From Calditrichaceae bacterium (lineage in GTDB: Bacteria; Calditrichota; Calditrichia; Calditrichales; JBFXGD01): DNA of 64,000 bases. This document shows, in pieces, positions 57,749 to 64,000 of this stretch (position 1 is its first letter; every line of letters begins with the position of its first letter). Under the pieces are notes generated by a model that was not told where the DNA came from, searched no databases, and was given only the letters and a program-made list of their open reading frames with translations. The DNA lies in contig JBFXLE010000009.1 in assembly GCA_050173015.1 (NCBI GenBank), positions 103,861 to 167,860 of the forward strand. The letters run 5' to 3'. The position numbers were made by a program, and so were the translations under genes.

Positions 57749-59161
57749 ATGAGGAAATTTAATAAAAACTGGCTGTTTTCAATACTGATTCTGATTTCTA
57801 CAGGTAATATCGCATTCGCGCAAATGTCACCTAAAGATAAGTTTTTTCAGGATTATGAGAAACTGATCGAGGAAGTGCGCGCGCAGAACGGTGAGATACT
57901 TTCTCCAAAAAATTTTAAAAAAGCAATTGAGAAATATGAAGAGGCGAGTCGGGATTATGATTCCAAGAAGAGTATTAAAACCGTCAGGGAGAGTCTCGAT
58001 GAAGCGTCCAAATATGCAAACAGAACTCTGGAAGTGATTAATCTGGCGAAGGTATCCCTCGCTTCGGCTATAGAAGCCCGCGATGCCGCGTTGTCAGCTG
58101 AAGCGCCTTTATATTCGGAAAAAAACTGGGAGGAAGCTGAGAAAAAATTCAGTGACGCTGCGCGGGAGCTTGAAGATGATGATATGAACGGAGCCCGAAA
58201 AAAGGGAAACGAATCTATCACCCTATACAAAAAAGCTGAACTGCTGGCTATTAAGAACGGAATATTGGGAGAAGCGAGGGAGCAGATCGCTCTTGCGGAA
58301 GAGGCAAATGCTAAAGAGTATTGTTTCCATACACTGAGCAATGCGCAAAATCTTCTCGCACAGGCTGAGCAGACTTTAAACAGAGACCGTTACGCCAGAG
58401 ATGAAGCGATCAAAAAAGCTCAGGAAGCGGCCTATCAGGGACGTCATGCGCAATATCTTGCAAAAACCATCAGCGTTTTGACAAAAAAACAACAAAACTG
58501 GGAAAATGTGATTCTTAAATTTGAAGAAATACTAACCAATCTAAGTTCTCTTTTTAATTATCAGCCGTCTTTTGAAGCAGGCATGGATAACGGGGTTAAA
58601 TCCTTAACCGCCTACATTCAAAGTTTAAAAGAAGAGAAAAAAAGGCTGGTGGAGGAAAATTCAGAACTTGAAGAAGAACTCAATGCCGTGAGAGAGAGAG
58701 AAGCCAATTATTCTGCAGAGCTTCAGAAAAAGCTTAACCGCGAGAAGAAAATTGAGAAAGTAAAATCTCTGTTTACTCCTGAAGAAGCAAAAGTGATTTA
58801 TGAAGGAGATAATCTGATTATTCGTCTCGCCGGTTTTAATTTTCCGTCAGGGCAGGCTATTATTCAACCGGAATATTTTTCTCTACTCACAAAGATTCAG
58901 CGCGCGATAAATGAATTTCCGGGGAGTCACATACTTATTGAAGGGCATACCGACTCGGTAGGAGATGCATACAAAAACAAAGTTTTGTCTGAACAGCGCG
59001 CGGGGGCTGTAAGAGAATATCTATTGGCGAATATGGATGTTCAGCCTGAGCAAATTTCACATCTCGGCTTTGGAGAAGAACGACCAATCGCTTCAAATGA
59101 AACTCGAGAAGGAAAGGCAAATAACCGCAGAATCGATGTGGTCATTTCTCTGGATTATTAA
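57749..59161 (+). CDS. Secreted coiled-coil protein with C-terminal OmpA-like peptidoglycan-binding domain
   Basis: Signal peptide, long helical region, IEGHTDSVG..LSEQRA..NRRID. Confidence 0.88.
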   Translation: MRKFNKNWLFSILILISTGNIAFAQMSPKDKFFQDYEKLIEEVRAQNGEILSPKNFKKAIEKYEEASRDYDSKKSIKTVRESLDEASKYANRTLEVINLAKVSLASAIEARDAALSAEAPLYSEKNWEEAEKKFSDAARELEDDDMNGARKKGNESITLYKKAELLAIKNGILGEAREQIALAEEANAKEYCFHTLSNAQNLLAQAEQTLNRDRYARDEAIKKAQEAAYQGRHAQYLAKTISVLTKKQQNWENVILKFEEILTNLSSLFNYQPSFEAGMDNGVKSLTAYIQSLKEEKKRLVEENSELEEELNAVREREANYSAELQKKLNREKKIEKVKSLFTPEEAKVIYEGDNLIIRLAGFNFPSGQAIIQPEYFSLLTKIQRAINEFPGSHILIEGHTDSVGDAYKNKVLSEQRAGAVREYLLANMDVQPEQISHLGFGEERPIASNETREGKANNRRIDVVISLDY

Positions 59162-59198
59162 ATCGCTGAGTTCCTTTCCGGACGATATTGAGATCATT

Positions 59199-59247
59199 TT
59201 CCCGCCGGGGAAAAGTCCTGATGACTCCCCGGCGGGATTTTATTTCT
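59199..59247 (+). terminator. Intrinsic terminator
   Basis: TCCCGCCGGGG...CCCCGGCGGGA followed by TTTTATTT. Confidence 0.7.
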
Positions 59248-59477
59248 ATTCCCACTTTTAAGAATTCATAAAATATCCCTTTTATTTATGGGAAGTCTTT
59301 GATATCTAAGAATTTTGAAAGATATTTTTATCGGTTTAAAATCTTGCCGGTGATGGGCGCGTTCTGCAATGCTAAATCAGCCTAAACATATAAGAAATAA
59401 TAGATTGTAATCGTGGATTTTCTAAAATTTATCAGATAGAAATACCACACGGTGAAATATTATCATAAATACTACGT

Positions 59478-59493
59478 TGGCATTCCATTTGCT
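59478..59493 (+). promoter_or_regulatory. Putative sigma54 (-24/-12) promoter
   Basis: TGGCATTCCATTTGCT = GG-N10-GC; sigma54 activator gene lies downstream. Confidence 0.55.
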
Positions 59494-59505
59494 CTAACCG
59501 TAACC

Positions 59506-59916
59506 ATGGAAAGCAATTCTTCAATACAACGTAATAATATACTTGTGATTGACCCCGACAAAGAATTTTGTAAGGATGTCAGACTTTTTCTGGAAGAAAA
59601 TTATAATGTCTTCACACGTCAGGGGATGGAGTATATTGATTACAGCATTCTATTGAATAAAATTAATCTGATAATCCTTGAAGCGGATAATGCTGACTAT
59701 AACCTGGTGCACTTGATTGATAAACTGAGAGAAAATCATTCAAATATCAAAATTATTATCATGTATACCTATTTTACTGCCGATAAAACAACTGAAAGAG
59801 CCCTTGCGAGAGACGCGGATGATATGATTGCGAAGCCTTTTGATGTCTGCTTGCTAAAAAATAAAGTGGATCGGCTACTCTCAGGAAAATTAGATTTTGA
59901 TTCAAAAAAACATTAA
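59506..59916 (+). CDS. Single-domain atypical receiver protein
   Basis: ILVIDPD, LIILEAD (Glu at the phospho-Asp position), IAKPF. Confidence 0.75.
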   Translation: MESNSSIQRNNILVIDPDKEFCKDVRLFLEENYNVFTRQGMEYIDYSILLNKINLIILEADNADYNLVHLIDKLRENHSNIKIIIMYTYFTADKTTERALARDADDMIAKPFDVCLLKNKVDRLLSGKLDFDSKKH

Positions 59917-60044
59917 ATTACTAACCAGTTATATTTCTCACCGTAAAATATGTTATTGATTTTGATTCGCGTCCATTTAAATAATTGAAAAAAAAGGTTC
60001 GTTATACTATATTCTTACTATTACCAGTTGTGAAGGAGTGATTT

Positions 60045-61193
60045 TTGAAGGGAATAGGGTATCAAGAAAAGATAAAAATCGGATCCAGAGAATTCCAGAT
60101 TCACACAGGTAACAACCCCAACAAAAATGTTATTTCGACCGAAGTATTTGAAAGCGGAAAGTTTATTTTCACTGCGTTTGAGTATTATGATGTTCGGATT
60201 GCGGAAAGTGATATATCTGAAGATGAATACCTGAAATCAGTTACATATGAAACCCACCAAACGATGATTGAGGATATCAGACTCCTGTTCATCATAAACG
60301 AAAAACTCAAGGGGATCAAACAATATCTTCCTCACTACCGTCTCGGTAAAATTTTCTACGCAAAAGGATTTTACGAAGAAGCCATAGAAAATTTTAACGA
60401 AGCTATTGCCCAAAAACCGGACTTCATACGAGGTATGAAGAGACTCGGACTGGCCTATCTTGGCGCCGGACACCCGAATGACGCGGTTGAAATTTTTCAA
60501 AAGGCGCATGAATTAAAGAATAAATATCCTGATATTCTTAATTGCCTCGGAGTCGCGCTCACCCAGGTTGGTCAGTATGAAAACGCCACAAAATATCTCC
60601 AAAAAGCAATCGATATAAAAAATGATTATATGGAAGCCAACTTTAATCTTGGTATCGTGCTTTTTCTTTCGACGGTCAGGGACAGTTCTGAAAAAGGAAA
60701 TGTCGTCATACCCGCGAGAGTTCTTCGTTTTTTTAAAGCGATGAAAGATCATCAAAGGTACCAGAGCGACCTGTGGAAAATGAAATTCGAACAAGCTCTT
60801 GAATCCATACAGTCCGGCAGAAAAAATAAAATCATTCAGGCTCTCGCAAAAATTCAGCTCGATATCGCGACCATTGAAGAAAGCAGCGAGATGATGGATT
60901 TCTTTCTTCTGAAATTTATGTATGGCGGCAAAGAATTAACAAATGATGAGCTTGAGTATTTTGAAAAACTGGTCCGGGACGAGGTCGAAGCGCATCCGAT
61001 GTATGCCGATTACTGGAATGAACTTGGCGTTATTCATTTAATTCAATGCCGGGACTATTTTTTAAAATCGATTAATGAATTTGAAAATGCGATTAAGATA
61101 AATCCCCAATTAGAAATCGCTAAAGAAAATCACGATCTGCTCAAAAAAAACAAAAATGGCTTTTTAATCCTTTTAAGAGCAATTCTTAGATAA
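60045..61193 (+). CDS. TPR-repeat protein
   Basis: Several TPR consensus repeats (LG..Y..G.YEEAI..F..AI). Confidence 0.85.
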   Translation: MKGIGYQEKIKIGSREFQIHTGNNPNKNVISTEVFESGKFIFTAFEYYDVRIAESDISEDEYLKSVTYETHQTMIEDIRLLFIINEKLKGIKQYLPHYRLGKIFYAKGFYEEAIENFNEAIAQKPDFIRGMKRLGLAYLGAGHPNDAVEIFQKAHELKNKYPDILNCLGVALTQVGQYENATKYLQKAIDIKNDYMEANFNLGIVLFLSTVRDSSEKGNVVIPARVLRFFKAMKDHQRYQSDLWKMKFEQALESIQSGRKNKIIQALAKIQLDIATIEESSEMMDFFLLKFMYGGKELTNDELEYFEKLVRDEVEAHPMYADYWNELGVIHLIQCRDYFLKSINEFENAIKINPQLEIAKENHDLLKKNKNGFLILLRAILR

Positions 61194-61198
61194 TAACC

Positions 61199-62536
61199 AT
61201 GGCAAAAGTACTCGCGGTTGACAACGAAGAACGAATGTGTAAGCTGATTAAGGCTGAGTTCGAGTTGAACAACCATGATGTTGATATGGCGTTCTCAGGT
61301 AAAGAAGCCGTTCAGCTGCTTCAGCAGAAACCATATGACATTGTGGTGACCGATCTGAGAATGAATGATATTGACGGTATGGAGGTGTTGAAGTTTACAA
61401 AAAAACACAGCCCCGGGACTGAAGTTATTCTGATCACCGCCTTCGCGACTCAGGAAACCGCGCTCGACGCGATGAAAAAAGGCGCCTATGATTATCTGAT
61501 AAAACCGTTTAAGATGGATGAACTCAGTCTGCGTGTGAACAGAATTCTTAAACAAAAGTACCTTGAAGATGAAAACAGAAGATTAAAAGATATAGCTACC
61601 CTGCCGGATTCATTTCCCGGAATTATCGGTAAAAGCAAAAAAATGCGGGAGGTTTTCCGATTAATCGAACAAGTTGGGGAAAGTGAAACTGCTGTACTGA
61701 TTAGGGGAGAAAGCGGCACCGGTAAAGAATTGGTCGCTCAGGCGATCCATGCAAAAAGTGGCAGAGGCAGTGGCACTTTTGTGGCTTTAAATTGCGCCGC
61801 TTTGCCCGAAACCCTGCTTGAAAGTGAATTGTTCGGCTATGAAAAAGGAGCCTTCACGGGGGCAGATCAACGCAAGCCCGGACAAATCGAGCTGGCAAAC
61901 GGAGGAACACTTTTTCTGGATGAAATTGGTGATCTTGCCATCGGGCTTCAGGCAAAAATATTACGTGTGTTGCAGAACAGGGAAGTCACCCGTCTTGGTG
62001 GACGGGAAAAAATCAATATTGACATACGGCTGATTACGGCAACGCACCGGAATTTGGAAGAAATGATCGCAAATAAGCAGTTTCGGTCGGATCTTTATTA
62101 CAGAATTAACATTTTCCCTATAAATTTACCGGCGTTACGAAACAGAAAAGAAGATATCCCCGAACTCCTTGAGTATTTCCTCACGGGGTATCCTGACAAA
62201 TCGATATCGCAGGAAGCAAAACGCAAGCTTATAGAATATGACTATCCTGGGAATGTGCGTGAACTCGAAAACATCATTACACGCGCCGCGCTGATTTCAG
62301 ATTCAGTGATCACCATTGAGGATCTGCCCGACATTTCAAATGACAGCACAAATCCGCAAACGCAAATGTTAAACATCCCCGATGAAGGATTTAGTCTGGA
62401 TGAATTCGAAAAGAAATTAATCTACGGGGTTTTGGAAAAATGCGACGGCAATAAAAGTCATGCCGCCAGAATGCTGGGCATTACCCGAAGAAGATTGTAC
62501 TCGATGATGGAAAGATTCGGGATTAAAAAATACTAG
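61199..62536 (+). CDS. Sigma54-dependent NtrC/AtoC-family response regulator
   Basis: REC, GESGTGKE, GAFTGA, FLDEIG, Fis-type HTH. Confidence 0.95.
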   Translation: MAKVLAVDNEERMCKLIKAEFELNNHDVDMAFSGKEAVQLLQQKPYDIVVTDLRMNDIDGMEVLKFTKKHSPGTEVILITAFATQETALDAMKKGAYDYLIKPFKMDELSLRVNRILKQKYLEDENRRLKDIATLPDSFPGIIGKSKKMREVFRLIEQVGESETAVLIRGESGTGKELVAQAIHAKSGRGSGTFVALNCAALPETLLESELFGYEKGAFTGADQRKPGQIELANGGTLFLDEIGDLAIGLQAKILRVLQNREVTRLGGREKINIDIRLITATHRNLEEMIANKQFRSDLYYRINIFPINLPALRNRKEDIPELLEYFLTGYPDKSISQEAKRKLIEYDYPGNVRELENIITRAALISDSVITIEDLPDISNDSTNPQTQMLNIPDEGFSLDEFEKKLIYGVLEKCDGNKSHAARMLGITRRRLYSMMERFGIKKY

Positions 62537-62560
62537 TATTATTTCAGCCATAAATTGATA

Positions 62561-62602
62561 TAAAAAAGCCGGAACATATAATTGTCCCGGCTTTTTGTTT
62601 TT
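62561..62602. terminator. Bidirectional intrinsic terminator
   Basis: AAAAAAGCCGGAACA..TGTCCCGGCTTTTTGTTTT between convergent genes. Confidence 0.75.
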
Positions 62603-62622
62603 AATAATAGTCGTGCCGGCTG

Positions 62623-63867
62623 TTAATCCAGCTCGTGGATTAACAATCCGCTTCGTAGTTTTGGTTCAAACCAGGTTGATTTAGGCGGCATTGTTTTACC
62701 CGCGTCAGCAATGGCCATGAGATCTTCGATTGATGTGGGAAATAGCGCGAATGCGACCTTCATTTCACCTGAATCCACCCGCTTCTTTAGCTCGTTTAAT
62801 CCTCTTATACCGCCGACAAAATCGATCCGGTCATCCTTACGGGGATCGCCTATCCCCAGAATTGGACTAAGCAGGTTGGTTTGAAGTATGGAGACATCAA
62901 GCCGGGCGACAGGGTCTTGCTCATTAAAAGAATTTTCCCGCGCGTATAGCAGATACCAGGCTCCATCCAGATACATCACAAATGAGTGCTTTTCCATGGG
63001 TTTAAATCCGTCTTTACCCAATTTCTTTACATCAAATTTTTTCTGTATCTTCAGAAGAAATTCATCCCCGCTCAGACCATTCAAATCGGTAACCACCCGG
63101 TTGTAATCCATTATATACATCTGATTATCAGGAAAAATGACCGAAAGGAAAAAATTATATTCCTCCTCCCCGGTATGTTGATGATTTGCGGCTTTCCGCA
63201 AATCTGCCACACGGGAAGCCGCTGCTGAACGGTGATGACCGTCCGCGACATAAAGATAATCTATTTTACTGAAATAGGTTTTAATCAATTCGATATCTTC
63301 ATCCTTATCGACAATCCATACCGTATGCCTGATATCATCATCGGATTTAAAATTATAGACGGGTTCCGTTGATATGATTTTTTCGATCAATTTATCTATT
63401 TCCGGTCTGGATTTGTAAGTCAGAAAAACCGGTCCGGTTTGGGCGTTTAAATGCCGGACGTGATTAATCCGGTCTTCTTCCTTCACAGCGCGCGTTAATT
63501 CGTGTTTTTTTATTAAATCTTTTTGATATTCATCCACGGACGCGCCGGCGACAAGGCCCACTTGTGAGTGTGTTCCCATTATCTGGCGATAAATATAGAA
63601 ACACGCTTTGTCATCCTGTATAAAAGTGCCCTCTTTTCTAAAGCGTTTAAGATTCTCAGCGCCTTTCTTATAAACTTTTTCATCATACAAATTTGTCTCG
63701 GATGGTAAGTCTATTTCGGGCTTATTGATATGCAGGAATGAATAAGGGTTGTTTTTTGCCATCTCCCTGGCTTCATCACTGTTGAGTACGTCATATGGGG
63801 GTGAGGCCACCTTATCCGCTAATTCAGGATTTGGACGTATTCCTTTAAATGGTTTAAGCACTGCCAT
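62623..63867 (-). CDS. DUF1015 family protein
   Basis: SPPYDV, KKHELT, YVADGHHR, MPPKSTWFEPK. Confidence 0.9.
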   Translation of the reverse strand: MAVLKPFKGIRPNPELADKVASPPYDVLNSDEAREMAKNNPYSFLHINKPEIDLPSETNLYDEKVYKKGAENLKRFRKEGTFIQDDKACFYIYRQIMGTHSQVGLVAGASVDEYQKDLIKKHELTRAVKEEDRINHVRHLNAQTGPVFLTYKSRPEIDKLIEKIISTEPVYNFKSDDDIRHTVWIVDKDEDIELIKTYFSKIDYLYVADGHHRSAAASRVADLRKAANHQHTGEEEYNFFLSVIFPDNQMYIMDYNRVVTDLNGLSGDEFLLKIQKKFDVKKLGKDGFKPMEKHSFVMYLDGAWYLLYARENSFNEQDPVARLDVSILQTNLLSPILGIGDPRKDDRIDFVGGIRGLNELKKRVDSGEMKVAFALFPTSIEDLMAIADAGKTMPPKSTWFEPKLRSGLLIHELD

Positions 63868-64000
63868 TATCTGCTCCTATGATAAAATCTTTAGTGTTAA
63901 GAAGATTTCACTACAAAATTTGGGAAATCTTCAAAGATTAATTTTTCCTTTAACGTCATATATATGATATCCAAAAGTTTGCGGGAAGTGGCAATAATAG

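Overview
The window has two parts. Positions ~1.85-23.35 kb form a visibly AT-rich defence island organised like an integron cassette array, although no intact integrase is present. Seven cassettes are each opened by a GTT core and closed by the reverse complement of that same 9-10 bp. They are separated by ~125-140 bp attC-like hairpins with a fixed architecture. The array falls into three blocks, each headed by a copy of the same dead tyrosine-recombinase 3' end plus a 67-bp attI-like hairpin. Cargo includes a Thoeris type II-like TIR + TM-Macro pair, a HEPN-motif protein, a complete type I R-M operon (7.1-kb cassette carrying a REP-associated transposase and in-frame REP palindromes), a ~2020-aa nuclease-STAND (Avs-like) protein (6.4-kb cassette) and several unknown genes. 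A second structured repeat brackets only the two giant cassettes. The rest is mostly housekeeping chromosome: DPP III, a GT2-ROK-SpoIID-AmpG operon, rlmI, mutL-miaA, pyk, lplA, ltaE, tRNA-Ala, an Rrf2-suf operon and a sigma54 regulator. It also holds several apparent pseudo-enzymes (His-less hybrid kinase, P-loop-mutated ArsC-like protein, divergent MurF-like protein, Glu-substituted receiver). The host is plausibly Calditrichota-like (inference only). All protein calls come from motif recognition by eye; no database searches were run.
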